A stretch of 64,000 nucleotides of DNA from assembly GCA_902615975.1 (NCBI GenBank), contig CACMRC010000003.1, forward strand, positions 57,833 to 121,832, given 5' to 3'. Origin of the DNA: an uncultured Pelagibacteraceae bacterium (GTDB lineage: Bacteria; Pseudomonadota; Alphaproteobacteria; Pelagibacterales; Pelagibacteraceae). Below the pieces are notes generated by a model. It was given only the letters and a program-made list of their open reading frames with translations, searched no databases and was not told the origin of the DNA. Shown here one piece after another: positions 38,403-48,963 of this stretch (position 1 is its first letter; each line of letters starts with the position of its first letter). Made by a program: the position numbers and the translations under genes.

Positions 38403-39419
38403 TTAAATTATTTTTGAAATAAATTTAATTACAGAAAAAAAACCCATTTTTGGTCTGATTGCTGATCCTTTTTGACTTTTATCAGAATTATTTAAATAAT
38501 ACTTATGAGCATCTAACATAAGCTCAGCAGTGCTTTTAGTGGGTACAAAGTTTAAATCTTTTTTAATTCTTGAAATATCCAATACAATATTACTAACAAG
38601 GATTTTATTATGATAATCTATAAAATTTATAAAACGCAAAAAAGATAATATCTTCAAAATAAGCAGACCTAAATTTTTATTAAAATGTCTTATTTTAGAT
38701 TTTGAGCCAGTTTTATTTATAAGATATTCAAAAGTTTCTTTCATTGTCTCAACCTTTTCACATCCAATATTATAGACATGCTTTCCTGTTAAATTTATAG
38801 ATTTTTCAATTGCAATAAATAAATCGGATGCAGACACAAATTGTAGTTTATTAGAACCATCTCCTAAAATCCAAAGAGTACAATTATCTTTTAAAAACTC
38901 AAAAAGCACTCCCAGACGATGAGCTCTAGATTTATCAACAATAATTGGACACCTAAAAATTGAAATATTTAATTCAGAGTCCGTGTCCAATAAAAGTGTC
39001 TCAACTTCAAATTTTGTTATTCCATAATAATTTTTACATGAAATTGGTTCAGATTCACTAATTAAATAATCATAATTTTTTTCATAAAGTGAAAATGTTG
39101 AAGTAAAAATTAAATTTTCAACGTTATTTTTTATAGCTGATTTTTTTATGTTTTTAGATCCTTCTACATTTGTTTTATATATTTTCTTTTTGTCATGAGT
39201 ATCAAATATTTCAGATGCAAAATGAAAAATTATATCTGGTTTTTCTTTACTAATAACATCATCAATTTCTGCAAAATTTCCTATGTCTACTTTATAAAAA
39301 TTTGCTTCATTTGAACTAGATATATCAACAAATACTAATTCAAAATTATGGATAAAATATTCTTTAGCAAGATTGCCCAAAAAACCATTTGAACCTGTGA
39401 TTAATATTTTTTTTTTCAT
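38403..39419 (-). CDS. NAD-dependent sugar epimerase/dehydratase (extended SDR)
   Basis: Rossmann 'KILITGSNGFLGNL' (GxxGxxG) and catalytic 'YGITKFEVE' (YxxxK). 338 aa. Confidence 0.85.
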   Translation of the reverse strand: MKKKILITGSNGFLGNLAKEYFIHNFELVFVDISSSNEANFYKVDIGNFAEIDDVISKEKPDIIFHFASEIFDTHDKKKIYKTNVEGSKNIKKSAIKNNVENLIFTSTFSLYEKNYDYLISESEPISCKNYYGITKFEVETLLLDTDSELNISIFRCPIIVDKSRAHRLGVLFEFLKDNCTLWILGDGSNKLQFVSASDLFIAIEKSINLTGKHVYNIGCEKVETMKETFEYLINKTGSKSKIRHFNKNLGLLILKILSFLRFINFIDYHNKILVSNIVLDISRIKKDLNFVPTKSTAELMLDAHKYYLNNSDKSQKGSAIRPKMGFFSVIKFISKII

Positions 39420-39421
39420 GC

Positions 39422-40549
39422 TTAAACTAAATTATTTCTTTTTATATGATTGACAAAGAAAATTATAAAACTTGTAAAAATTAAAAACATTCCAGATTGA
39501 TAAAACATATCATTATCAATCAAATGTCTAATTATCCTATGAAAATAAAAATAGTAAATTGTTAAATATAACCCACATTTAGATATAGCAAATTTATAAT
39601 TTTTAATAACATAAATAAGCAAAGGTAGCATTAAAACATAATCATAGTTTGAGTGTGGCATAAAAATTAAAGGTAAGAAACAAATTACAGATAATTTTGC
39701 TAATTTATTTTTTATATCTTTTATTTGATATAAAAAATAAATATTCCCAAGTAAAACTATTCCTAATTGAATTATTTTATTTGTAACATTATTTTCCTTT
39801 AAAAAATAAATATTTATAATCGAATACAAGTCACCTGTTCTGGTATAATTACCTTGAAAATTCATTCTAAGTGGTTCAAAAAAATTGTAAATTAAATGAC
39901 TATTTGTATAGTAGCTGTAAAATAACCAGCCCAATATCGTTATAATTGAAGTTAATAATAATTTCTTAATTTTTTTTTCAACAAGTAAATTTAAAAATAA
40001 GATATAACCTGTGCTATATTTTACATATGAAATGCCTGATAAAATCAAATTAAAGTTTTTATATAGATTTGAGACTGTCAAGTAGGGTAACATTAAAAAA
40101 AATAACACCATTAGACTGTTCTGGCCCAGATTAAGTGTCATCCTTGTAGGATGGCAAGTTAAAAAAATTCCTAATATCAAATATGAAGAAAGAATAGATA
40201 CGTTATTTGATCTACAAAGAATGATTGGTATTAAAAAAGCAAAAAAAACATTAAGTATGATCCAAAAAATTTTTGCCTGTTCCCATTCTAGAAGAGTTAT
40301 CGGATATAAAAAAATAAATAAAAAATGCCCATATCTTCCATGTTGACATCCTAAAAAAACATCTCCTGTTGTCATCTGATATTCATAATGATTTATCCCA
40401 TCCCAAAAAAGTTTAGATGGTTGCCACATTAAATCACAACTATTGGATAAACCTTTAGAAATTGTTTGTATAAAAAAACCTACAACCAAAATTGATAGAA
40501 AAATAAATATTATTTTATTTCTTTTGCTTAAATTTAAAAAAAATTCCAT
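39422..40549 (-). CDS. polytopic inner-membrane protein, probable glycan polymerase / GT-C-type glycosyltransferase
   Basis: 375 aa, almost entirely hydrophobic, with at least 9 segments by eye and no soluble domain. 2-nt gap to the epimerase gene. The family assignment is inferred from architecture and context only. Confidence 0.6.
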   Translation of the reverse strand: MEFFLNLSKRNKIIFIFLSILVVGFFIQTISKGLSNSCDLMWQPSKLFWDGINHYEYQMTTGDVFLGCQHGRYGHFLFIFLYPITLLEWEQAKIFWIILNVFFAFLIPIILCRSNNVSILSSYLILGIFLTCHPTRMTLNLGQNSLMVLFFLMLPYLTVSNLYKNFNLILSGISYVKYSTGYILFLNLLVEKKIKKLLLTSIITILGWLFYSYYTNSHLIYNFFEPLRMNFQGNYTRTGDLYSIINIYFLKENNVTNKIIQLGIVLLGNIYFLYQIKDIKNKLAKLSVICFLPLIFMPHSNYDYVLMLPLLIYVIKNYKFAISKCGLYLTIYYFYFHRIIRHLIDNDMFYQSGMFLIFTSFIIFFVNHIKRNNLV

Positions 40550-40565
40550 TTTCTTTACTAAAATT

Positions 40566-40967
40566 TTATGAAACTAATGCTCTTTTTAAGTATTTGATAT
40601 CTAGATTACAATCTTTATATCCTCTCTTAACTACATTAAAATATCTTTCTGTAGGATACATAAATGGTGTTTTTTTTACCATTGTGTAAGTCATTACTTT
40701 TTTTCCATAATAATAAAAAAAATATTTTTGATAAAGAATTGGAAAATCTTCATATACATCTAATTTTTTTTCATCATTTTTAGAAATTTCAAATAAAGCT
40801 CCAGGAACAATAGAATTTTTTTTATACTCTATATCTGCTGCCCTATATTTGCTTCTAAAGGTTAATCTAAAATCCTTTAAATTAATTTTTTTTAAAAAAA
40901 TACTATCTTTACATCTACGTTTCATCTGAAAGTGATGAAGATTACTGCCGTAAGCAAAATACAACAT
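40566..40967 (-). CDS. gamma-glutamylcyclotransferase-like (AIG2/GGCT fold) protein
   Basis: N-terminal 'MLYFAYGSNL' (the YGSN motif of the GGCT fold) and 'LDVYEDFP'. 133 aa. Confidence 0.75.
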   Translation of the reverse strand: MLYFAYGSNLHHFQMKRRCKDSIFLKKINLKDFRLTFRSKYRAADIEYKKNSIVPGALFEISKNDEKKLDVYEDFPILYQKYFFYYYGKKVMTYTMVKKTPFMYPTERYFNVVKRGYKDCNLDIKYLKRALVS

Positions 40968-41716
40968 TATCTATCTACTACTTCAATTTTTTTTTCATTA
41001 ATAAATTTCAAAATTTGAGAATTACAATCATCTATTTTATTCTGATCTTCTGACCTAATCACAATTGATACACCTAGTTTACCAGCGTGGAAAAAAGGAT
41101 AACTTCCAATTTCTACATCTTTATTGTTATCTTGAACCTTAGTTAATGAATTTGCTATTTCACTTTCAACAGTTCTTAAGCTTATAGTAAGACTTTTAAT
41201 AGGCTTCCCCCCTACTATTCTATTAGTCAAACCACCCAACATTGATTTCAAAATGGATGGAACACCTGGCAATGAAAATACATTTTTAACATTAAATCCT
41301 GGTGCGCCACTTGTTGGATTTAAAATTAAATTTGCATTCTCTGGCATCCAAGCCATTTTTTGTCTTCCTTCATTAAATTCACCAGGTTGATAATAAGCTT
41401 CTAAAATTTTAAAAGCTTCCTTATGAACTTCGTATTTAATTCCAAATGCTTTTGAAACTGATTGAGCTGTAATATCATCATGAGTAGGACCAATACCACC
41501 AGTTGTAAAAACATAATCGTAAGTTGATCTAAGTAAATTTAAAGTATCAACAATAGTCTCCTCAACATCAGGAATTACTCTGACTTCTGCAACATTAACA
41601 CCAATTGAATTTAACCAAATTGCCAGGGTTGAGGTATTTGTGTCTTGAGTTCTGCCAGATAAAATTTCATTACCTATAATTAAAATTGATGCATTAACTT
41701 TTGCTTTTTTATCCAT
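40967..41716 (-). CDS. CinA-like / molybdopterin-binding (MoCF_biosynth) domain protein
   Basis: 'ILIIGNEILSGRTQDTN' and 'VFTTGGIGPTHDDIT' are typical of the CinA N-terminal/MoaB-like domain. 249 aa. Confidence 0.8.
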   Translation of the reverse strand: MDKKAKVNASILIIGNEILSGRTQDTNTSTLAIWLNSIGVNVAEVRVIPDVEETIVDTLNLLRSTYDYVFTTGGIGPTHDDITAQSVSKAFGIKYEVHKEAFKILEAYYQPGEFNEGRQKMAWMPENANLILNPTSGAPGFNVKNVFSLPGVPSILKSMLGGLTNRIVGGKPIKSLTISLRTVESEIANSLTKVQDNNKDVEIGSYPFFHAGKLGVSIVIRSEDQNKIDDCNSQILKFINEKKIEVVDR

Positions 41717-41736
41717 ATGAAATATATAATTTAGTA

Positions 41737-42435
41737 ATGGAATTTACCAAGTCTTTAATAAAAGGCAAACTAATCAAACGTTATAAAAGGTTTTTTACTG
41801 ACGTTAAGCTCGATAAAGAAATTGTCACAGCTCACTGTCCTAACACAGGATCAATGAAAGGTTTGTTAGATGAAGGTAATGAAGTTTATTTACTTCCTAA
41901 TAATGATCCAAAACGAAAGCTTAAATATGGATTGGAAATTATTAAATCTAGAAAAAATTTAGTGGGGGTGAATACTCACATGGCCAATAGAATAGTTGAG
42001 CATGCGCTCAACAACAATCTTATAAATGAACTTAAAAATAATGGCTCTATTAAACCAGAGGTTTTTTTCAATAAAGAGACAAGATTTGATTTTTTATTAG
42101 AAAAAAAAGGTCAAAAAATGTTTGTAGAGGTTAAAAATGTTACTTTATTTAGAAATAAAGATACTGCTGAATTTCCAGATGCACCAACAGCAAGAGGAAT
42201 TAAGCATTTATTAACCCTTATTGATGCCATAAAAAAAAGTTATAAAACATACTTAATATTTTTAGTTCAAATACAAAATATGAAATATTTTAAAATAGCT
42301 AAAGATATAGATGAAGAATATTATAAGAACTATTTAATAGCTAAAAAAGCTGGTGTAAATTTTTTAGCATATAGATGTGATATAAGTTCTAAAAAAATTT
42401 TTGTAGATAAAAAATTAAAAATTATAGATGACTGA
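41737..42435 (+). CDS. sfsA: sugar fermentation stimulation protein A homolog (SfsA nuclease-like)
   Basis: 'GKLIKRYKRFFTDV' is the SfsA N-terminus. I take the ATG at 41737 as the start. The ORF-track TTG at 41701 would overlap the divergent cinA-like start. Confidence 0.85.
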   Translation: MEFTKSLIKGKLIKRYKRFFTDVKLDKEIVTAHCPNTGSMKGLLDEGNEVYLLPNNDPKRKLKYGLEIIKSRKNLVGVNTHMANRIVEHALNNNLINELKNNGSIKPEVFFNKETRFDFLLEKKGQKMFVEVKNVTLFRNKDTAEFPDAPTARGIKHLLTLIDAIKKSYKTYLIFLVQIQNMKYFKIAKDIDEEYYKNYLIAKKAGVNFLAYRCDISSKKIFVDKKLKIIDD

Positions 42436-43198
42436 TTATAAAGAGAAATTTGAAAAAATGAGAATTGCAGGAAATTTAGCTGCACGAACTTTGGATATGT
42501 TAACTGATAATATTAAAGAAGGTGTATCAACTGATCATATCGATAAACTAGGTTATGAATTTATAAGAGACAATGGAGGCTACTCTGCGCCACTATATTA
42601 CAGAGGGTTTACAAAATCTTTATGTACGTCTTTAAATCATGTTGTATGTCACGGAATACCATCTGATAGAATTTTACAAGAAGGTGATGCAATTAATGTA
42701 GATGTAACTGCAATTGTAGATGAACACTACGGGGATACAAGTAGAATGTTTTGTGTTGGAAAAACTCCAGTTAAGTTAAACAATCTTATAGATGCTACTT
42801 ACGAGTCTATGATGAGAGCTATTAAAATTTTAAAACCTGGCATTAAATTGGGAGATATTGGTTATGAAATTCAATCATTTGTAGAAGAAAAAGGGTTTAC
42901 AGTTGTTAGAGACTTTTGTGGTCACGGAATAAGCACAACATTTCATGAGCAACCAAATATTTTACACTACGGTAAAAAAAATACAGGCATGGAATTAAGA
43001 CCTGGTATGACATTCACCATAGAACCAATGATAAATGCAGGTAAATATGATGTAAAAATGTTGAATGATGGTTGGACAGCTGTTACAAAAGATAAATCTT
43101 TATCTGCACAATTTGAACATACGTTAGGAATTACTGAAAATGGTTATGAAATCTTTACAGAATCTGCTAAAGGTTATTCAAAGCCTCCATACTTATAA
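42428..43198 (+). CDS. map: type I methionine aminopeptidase
   Basis: 'LCTSLNHVVCHGIP', 'DVTAIVDEHYGDTS', 'FCGHGI' and 'TIEPMI' include metal-ligand motifs. 256 aa. Confidence 0.95.
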   Translation: MTDYKEKFEKMRIAGNLAARTLDMLTDNIKEGVSTDHIDKLGYEFIRDNGGYSAPLYYRGFTKSLCTSLNHVVCHGIPSDRILQEGDAINVDVTAIVDEHYGDTSRMFCVGKTPVKLNNLIDATYESMMRAIKILKPGIKLGDIGYEIQSFVEEKGFTVVRDFCGHGISTTFHEQPNILHYGKKNTGMELRPGMTFTIEPMINAGKYDVKMLNDGWTAVTKDKSLSAQFEHTLGITENGYEIFTESAKGYSKPPYL

Positions 43199-43201
43199 TT
43201 A

Positions 43202-44494
43202 ATGATTAAAAGATACTCGCGAAAAGAATTAACTGATATTTGGTCAGAAGAAAATAAATATAAAATCTGGTTAAATGTAGAAGTTGCAGCTGCTGAGGCA
43301 ATGGAAAAACTTGGACAAATTCCAAAAGGTGTTGCTTCAGTTATAAGAAAAAAAGCTAGAATTAATGTAAGCAGAATTCACAAAATAGAATCTGAGGTAA
43401 AACACGATGTAATAGCTTTTCTAACTTCTGTTACTGAAAAAGCTGGAATTAAAGCTAGATACCTTCATCAGGGTATGACCTCATCTGATGTTCTAGATAC
43501 TAGTTTTAATATTCAATTGGTCCAATCAGGTAAAATTATATTAAAAGATATAGACCAAATTTTAAAAGTTTTAAAAAAACAAGCCAAAAAATATAAATTT
43601 ACACCGTGTATGGGAAGAAGCCACGGTATCCATGCTGAGCCAATTACTTTTGGGTTAAAATTGGCTTCGTTCTTTGAGGAATTTAAGAGAAATAGAAAAA
43701 GACTAAAAGATGCTATTGAGGAAGTATCAACCTGTGCAATTTCTGGGGCTGTTGGTACATTTGCTAACATCAATCCAAACGTTGAAAAATATGTTGCCAA
43801 AAAATTAGGTCTAAAAGTTGAGCCAATATCTACACAAGTAATTCCAAGAGACAGACATGCATTTTATTTTTCTGTTTTAGGAATTATTGCAGGTTCAATA
43901 GAGAGAGTAGCAGTTGAAATAAGACACTTACAAAGAACTGAGGTTTATGAGCTACAAGAATATTTCTCTAAAAATCAAAAAGGATCCTCTGCAATGCCTC
44001 ATAAAAAAAATCCTATCTTAAGTGAGAATCTTACCGGTTTAGCTAGAATGGTTAGAAGTTCAGTTGTGCCAGCACTTGAAAACATTGCTCTTTGGCACGA
44101 GAGAGATATTTCTCATTCAAGTGTTGAAAGAAATATTGGACCAGATGCTAATATAACAACCGATTTTGCATTAGTTAGACTTACAAATATTTTAGATAAT
44201 ATGATTGTTTATCCAAAAAAAATGCTGGAAAACTTAAATTTAACAAAAGGTTTAATTTTTTCTCAAGAAGTTATGCTGGAATTAACTAAAGCAGGATTAA
44301 GTAGAGAAAAATCATACAAGATGGTTCAATCTTATGCAAAAAAATGTTTTGCAGAAAATTTAAATTTAATTGACGTGATTTCATCTGATAAATTTATAAA
44401 AAGTAAAATTTCGCCAAAAAAACTAAAATCTATATTTAATTATTCTAAACACTTTAAATATGTAAATTTTATCTTTAGAAGAGTTTTTAAATAA
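43202..44494 (+). CDS. purB: adenylosuccinate lyase
   Basis: '[10 protein letters not shown]', '[10 protein letters not shown]' and the signature '[11 protein letters not shown]'. 430 aa. Confidence 0.96.
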   Translation: MIKRYSRKELTDIWSEENKYKIWLNVEVAAAEAMEKLGQIPKGVASVIRKKARINVSRIHKIESEVKHDVIAFLTSVTEKAGIKARYLHQGMTSSDVLDTSFNIQLVQSGKIILKDIDQILKVLKKQAKKYKFTPCMGRSHGIHAEPITFGLKLASFFEEFKRNRKRLKDAIEEVSTCAISGAVGTFANINPNVEKYVAKKLGLKVEPISTQVIPRDRHAFYFSVLGIIAGSIERVAVEIRHLQRTEVYELQEYFSKNQKGSSAMPHKKNPILSENLTGLARMVRSSVVPALENIALWHERDISHSSVERNIGPDANITTDFALVRLTNILDNMIVYPKKMLENLNLTKGLIFSQEVMLELTKAGLSREKSYKMVQSYAKKCFAENLNLIDVISSDKFIKSKISPKKLKSIFNYSKHFKYVNFIFRRVFK

Positions 44495-45279
44495 TGAAAA
44501 AAGGTAAAAAATTATACGAAGGAAAAGCTAAAATCATTTATGCAACAAATGATAAAAACTTAGTTATTCAATATTTTAAAGATGATGCAACTGCATTCAA
44601 TAATCAAAAAAAAACTACTATTGAAGGTAAAGGTGTTTTGAATAATAGAATTTCAGAACATATACTCTCTAACCTTTCTCAAATAGGAATTAAAAATCAT
44701 TTAGTCAAAAGATTAAATATGAGAGAGCAAGTTATAAAACTTGTTGAAATAATTCCGATCGAATTCATTGTGAGAAATGTTGCAACAGGTTCAATTACTA
44801 AAAGATTAGGTATTGAGGATGGTACAGTTTTAAAAGAACCACTAATTGAATACTGCTTAAAAGATGACAAACTTGGAGATCCATTAATATCCGAAGAGCA
44901 TATTTTAGCATTTGATTGGGCGACAAAAGCAGAGATCGATAAAGTAAAAAAAATGATTTTAAGAATTAATGATTTTATGATTGGAATGTTTAGAGGTGTT
45001 AGAATTAAACTTATCGATTTTAAATTAGAATTTGGAAGAATTAAAATCGATGGAAAAAATGAGGTTATTTTAGCAGATGAAATCAGCCCTGATACATGCA
45101 GATTGTGGGACAGTATTACAGAAAAAAAATTAGATAAAGATAGGTTTAGAAAAGATCTGGGTGATTTAATTCCAGCATATACTGAGGTTGCTAAAAGATT
45201 AGGTATACTTCATGAACAATCTAATGTTTCAGCAGTAAATGTAACTAAATTATCTTCAGTTAAAAGAAAGAAAAAATGA
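44494..45279 (+). CDS. purC: phosphoribosylaminoimidazole-succinocarboxamide (SAICAR) synthase
   Basis: '[10 protein letters not shown]', 'IPIEFIVRN' and '[14 protein letters not shown]'. Confidence 0.95.
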   Translation: MKKGKKLYEGKAKIIYATNDKNLVIQYFKDDATAFNNQKKTTIEGKGVLNNRISEHILSNLSQIGIKNHLVKRLNMREQVIKLVEIIPIEFIVRNVATGSITKRLGIEDGTVLKEPLIEYCLKDDKLGDPLISEEHILAFDWATKAEIDKVKKMILRINDFMIGMFRGVRIKLIDFKLEFGRIKIDGKNEVILADEISPDTCRLWDSITEKKLDKDRFRKDLGDLIPAYTEVAKRLGILHEQSNVSAVNVTKLSSVKRKKK

Positions 45280-45518
45280 AAATTTCTGTAATCATTACTC
45301 TAAAAAAGGATGTACTTGATCCACAAGGAAAGGTTATTCATCAAACTCTGGATGGAATGGGATTTCAGGATATTAATGAAGTTAGACAAGGTAAATATTT
45401 TGAAATAGACACTAAAGAAACCGATAACGACAAAGCAAAAGCAAAAGTTGAAGAAATGTGCAAAAAACTTTTGGCAAATCTTGTAATTGAAAATTATAAA
45501 ATTATTGATCCAAAGTAA
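45276..45518 (+). CDS. purS: FGAM synthase subunit PurS
   Basis: 80 aa. '[13 protein letters not shown]'. Position is between purC and purQ, with an ATGA overlap. Confidence 0.92.
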   Translation: MKISVIITLKKDVLDPQGKVIHQTLDGMGFQDINEVRQGKYFEIDTKETDNDKAKAKVEEMCKKLLANLVIENYKIIDPK

Positions 45519-45521
45519 TTA

Positions 45522-46205
45522 ATGAAATCATCAGTTATTACTTTTCCAGGTTCAAATTGTGACAGAGACATGGATGTTGCTCTAAAAAAATTTGGATTTA
45601 AAAATAAAATGGTTTGGCATGCTGATGCTGAATTACCAAAAAGTGATTTGGTTGTATTGCCAGGTGGTTTTTCATATGGTGACTACTTAAGATGTGGAAG
45701 TATGGCATCTAAATCAAAAATAATGCGGTCAGTAATTAATTTTGCAAATTCAGGAGGTATGGTTATGGGTATCTGTAATGGATTTCAAATATTGGTAGAA
45801 ACTGGTTTAGTTCCAGGTGTTTTGCTTAGAAACAAATTTTTAGAATTTATTTGTAAAAATGTTTTTGTAAAAATTAATGATAAAAAAAATAAATATTTTA
45901 AAAATGTTGATAACGAAGTTTTAGAATTTCATATCGCTCATAATGAAGGAAATTATTTTTGTACCAATGATCAATTAAAAGAAATTGAAGATAATAATCA
46001 AATAGCTATTAACTATTGTGATGAAAATGGAAAAATAGAAGATCAATTTAATCCTAATGGATCCTTAAAAAATATTGCAGGTATATTTAATAAAGAGAAA
46101 AATGTTCTAGGAATGATGCCCCACCCTGAAAGAATGATTGATAGATCTTTATCAGGCGAGGATGGATCATTATTTTTTAAAAACTTAATTAACAACTTAA
46201 AATGA
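45522..46205 (+). CDS. purQ: FGAM synthase glutamine amidotransferase subunit PurQ
   Basis: 'FPGSNCDRD', 'GGFSYGDYLR', nucleophile 'GICNGFQIL' and 'MMPHPER'. Confidence 0.96.
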   Translation: MKSSVITFPGSNCDRDMDVALKKFGFKNKMVWHADAELPKSDLVVLPGGFSYGDYLRCGSMASKSKIMRSVINFANSGGMVMGICNGFQILVETGLVPGVLLRNKFLEFICKNVFVKINDKKNKYFKNVDNEVLEFHIAHNEGNYFCTNDQLKEIEDNNQIAINYCDENGKIEDQFNPNGSLKNIAGIFNKEKNVLGMMPHPERMIDRSLSGEDGSLFFKNLINNLK

Positions 46206-48394
46206 TTGTAAACGAAAAAGTAGCAGTTGATCATGGTTTAAAAAAAGATGAATACGCTAAAATTTGTGATCTATTAAAGAGAACTCCTAATATCACAGAG
46301 CTAGGTATTTTTTCTGCAATGTGGAATGAACATTGTTCTTATAAATCATCAAGATTACACCTAAAAAAATTACCTACTAAAGGAAAGAAAGTTATTCAAG
46401 GTCCTGGAGAAAACGCTGGTGTCATCGATATTGAAGATAATGATGCGATAGTTTTTAAAATAGAAAGTCACAACCATCCATCATTTATTGAACCATATCA
46501 AGGTGCTGCTACTGGTGTTGGGGGGATAATGAGAGATGTATTTACAATGGGCGCAAGACCAATAGCTAACTTGAACTCCATTCATTTTGGGTCACCACAA
46601 AATAAAAAAACAAAAAATTTATTAAGAGGAGTTGTTCATGGCATAGGTGGTTATGGAAACTGCATGGGTGTTCCAACAATCGCTGGCCAAACAAGCTTTG
46701 ATAGCTCGTATAACGGAAATATTTTGGTTAACGCTATGACATTGGGATTAGTCAAAAAAGATAAAATTTTTTATTCTAAAGCTGCTGGTTTAAATAAACC
46801 TGTCATTTATGTGGGGTCTAAAACAGGAAGAGATGGAATACATGGAGCAAGTATGGCTTCAGCTAGTTTTGATGAAAAAATTGAGGAAAAAAAGCCAACA
46901 GTTCAAGTTGGAGATCCATTTACTGAAAAACTTTTACTAGAAGCTTGTCTAGAGTTAATGGCAGGAGACTCAATTATAGCCATTCAAGATATGGGTGCTG
47001 CAGGATTAACTTCTTCAAGTATTGAAATGGCTTCAAAAGGAAACCTCGGAATTGAAATCAATTTAAATAAAGTACCATGCAGAGAAACCAAAATGACACC
47101 ATACGAAATTATGCTCTCTGAGAGCCAAGAAAGAATGTTAATTGTTTTAGAAAACGGTAAAGAAGAACAAGCAAAAAAAATATTTGATAAATGGAATTTA
47201 GATTTTGCGGTAATTGGAAAAACGACTAAGTCAAAAAAAATAGAACTTTATTTTGATGAAGAAAAAGTTGCAGACATACCTGTTAATACATTGGTTGAAA
47301 ACTCTCCTATGTATGATCGAAAATGGAAAAAAGCAAAGTTACCTAAAAAAAATAAATTTAAAAAAGAAGATATTAAGCATTTAAAAATTATTGATGTTTT
47401 AAAAAAAATTTTAGCCAATCCAAATATATGTAGCAAAGAATGGATTTGGCAACAGTATGACCATACAGTCATGGGAGATACAATACAAAAACCTGGTGGG
47501 GATGCCGGTGTTGTAAGAGTTCATGGTACAGATAAAGCAGTTGCCGCTTCGGTAGATTCTTCTGCAGTTTATTGTTGGGCTCACCCTTCAACTGGTGGAA
47601 AGCAAGTAGTTTGTGAAAGTTTTAGAAATCTTATATCTGTTGGCGCAAAACCTATTGCTATCACAAATTGTTTAAATTTTGGTAGTCCTGAAAATGAAGA
47701 AAACATGGGTGAGTTTGTTGAATGTGTTCAAGGAATTGGTGAAGCAAGTGATTATTTAAAATTCCCAGTAGTTTCTGGAAATGTATCTTTCTACAACCAA
47801 ACAAAAGATGAAGGTATAAAACCTACGCCTGCAATTGGTGGAGTAGGTTTAATTAAGGATTATAAGAATATGATCACTATGGAGTTTAAAGAAGTTGATA
47901 ATTTAGTTTTAGTGATTGGAAAAACCGAAGGACATATTGATCAAAGTTTATTTGCAAGAAATATTTTAGATGAAAAAAATGGACCTCCACCCGAGGTAAA
48001 TCTATTTAATGAAAAAAATAATGGAGAAACTTTACTCAAATTGATGGATAACAATTTAATAAAAAGTGCTCATGACGTTTCTTTAGGAGGTATAATTACT
48101 GCGGTATCAAAAATGTGCATTAAAGGAAAAAAAGGAGTAAACATTAAAAAACCCAAATATCTAATTAATGAAATAGAATACTTTTTTGCTGAAGATCAAG
48201 GTAGATATATTATAGAAATAAACAAAAAAGATTTTAAAAAAGTAGCTGATATATTACATAAAAATGCAGTCCATTTCGATGAACTTGGTACAATTAATGA
48301 AAATGAACTATATATTAATGATAAGACAAAAGTTACAATTGACGAATTATCAACTTCTAATAAAAGTTGGCTTACAAACTATATGAGTAAATAA
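46202..48394 (+). CDS. purL: FGAM synthase subunit PurL
   Basis: 730 aa. 'WNEHCSYKSS', 'ESHNHPSFIEPYQGAATGVGGIMRD'. Confidence 0.97.
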   Translation: MIVNEKVAVDHGLKKDEYAKICDLLKRTPNITELGIFSAMWNEHCSYKSSRLHLKKLPTKGKKVIQGPGENAGVIDIEDNDAIVFKIESHNHPSFIEPYQGAATGVGGIMRDVFTMGARPIANLNSIHFGSPQNKKTKNLLRGVVHGIGGYGNCMGVPTIAGQTSFDSSYNGNILVNAMTLGLVKKDKIFYSKAAGLNKPVIYVGSKTGRDGIHGASMASASFDEKIEEKKPTVQVGDPFTEKLLLEACLELMAGDSIIAIQDMGAAGLTSSSIEMASKGNLGIEINLNKVPCRETKMTPYEIMLSESQERMLIVLENGKEEQAKKIFDKWNLDFAVIGKTTKSKKIELYFDEEKVADIPVNTLVENSPMYDRKWKKAKLPKKNKFKKEDIKHLKIIDVLKKILANPNICSKEWIWQQYDHTVMGDTIQKPGGDAGVVRVHGTDKAVAASVDSSAVYCWAHPSTGGKQVVCESFRNLISVGAKPIAITNCLNFGSPENEENMGEFVECVQGIGEASDYLKFPVVSGNVSFYNQTKDEGIKPTPAIGGVGLIKDYKNMITMEFKEVDNLVLVIGKTEGHIDQSLFARNILDEKNGPPPEVNLFNEKNNGETLLKLMDNNLIKSAHDVSLGGIITAVSKMCIKGKKGVNIKKPKYLINEIEYFFAEDQGRYIIEINKKDFKKVADILHKNAVHFDELGTINENELYINDKTKVTIDELSTSNKSWLTNYMSK

Positions 48395-48624
48395 TGGCGA
48401 TGGATTTAAAAGAAATTGAGAATTTTATAAAAGAGGCAATGCCAGATGCAACTGTTGAAATACAAGATTTGGCAGGTGATGGAAATCATTATTCAGCTAC
48501 TGTTACCTCGTCTCAATTTTCTGGAAAAAGTAAAATTGAGCAACATAAAATGGTTTATAACTCATTAAAAGGTAGAATGGGTAATGAGCTTCATGCATTA
48601 GCAATTAAAACAAAGGAGAATTAA
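48394..48624 (+). CDS. BolA-family protein
   Basis: 76 aa. 'DGNHYSATVTSSQFSGKSKIEQHKMVY' and 'LHALAIKT'. Paired with a monothiol glutaredoxin. Confidence 0.88.
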   Translation: MAMDLKEIENFIKEAMPDATVEIQDLAGDGNHYSATVTSSQFSGKSKIEQHKMVYNSLKGRMGNELHALAIKTKEN

Positions 48625-48963
48625 ATGGATCAACAAACAAATGATTTAATAAAAAATGAAATTGAAAACAACGAAGTATGTTTGTTTATGAAAGGCACAC
48701 CTGACGCTCCACAATGTGGATTTTCAATGGCAACTTCAAATATTTTAAAAATCCTAGAAGTAAATTTTAAAGGTATAAATGTTTTAGAAAATCAAAATTT
48801 AAGAGAAGGTATTAAAGTTTTTAGTGACTGGCCAACAATCCCTCAACTTTATGTTAAAAATGAATTTATTGGTGGATGCGATATTGTTAAAGAAATGTAT
48901 GAAAGTGGCGAATTGACAAAACTTTTTGAAAGCAAAAATATAAATTTTAAGGCTAAAAGTTAA
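48625..48963 (+). CDS. grxD: monothiol glutaredoxin (Grx4/GrxD type)
   Basis: 'LFMKGTPDAPQCGFS' (CGFS active site) and 'WPTIPQLYVKNEFIGGCDI'. Confidence 0.95.
   Translation: MDQQTNDLIKNEIENNEVCLFMKGTPDAPQCGFSMATSNILKILEVNFKGINVLENQNLREGIKVFSDWPTIPQLYVKNEFIGGCDIVKEMYESGELTKLFESKNINFKAKS

Noticed and set aside
41701-41736. TTG start for sfsA given in the ORF track
   Set aside because: It would add 12 non-conserved residues and overlap the divergent cinA-like start codon. The SfsA N-terminal motif begins right after the ATG at 41737.
43202-48394. Purine riboswitch or leader for the purBCSQL cluster
   Set aside because: purB starts 3 nt after map and all junctions are overlaps or gaps of at most 3 nt. 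There is no leader space.
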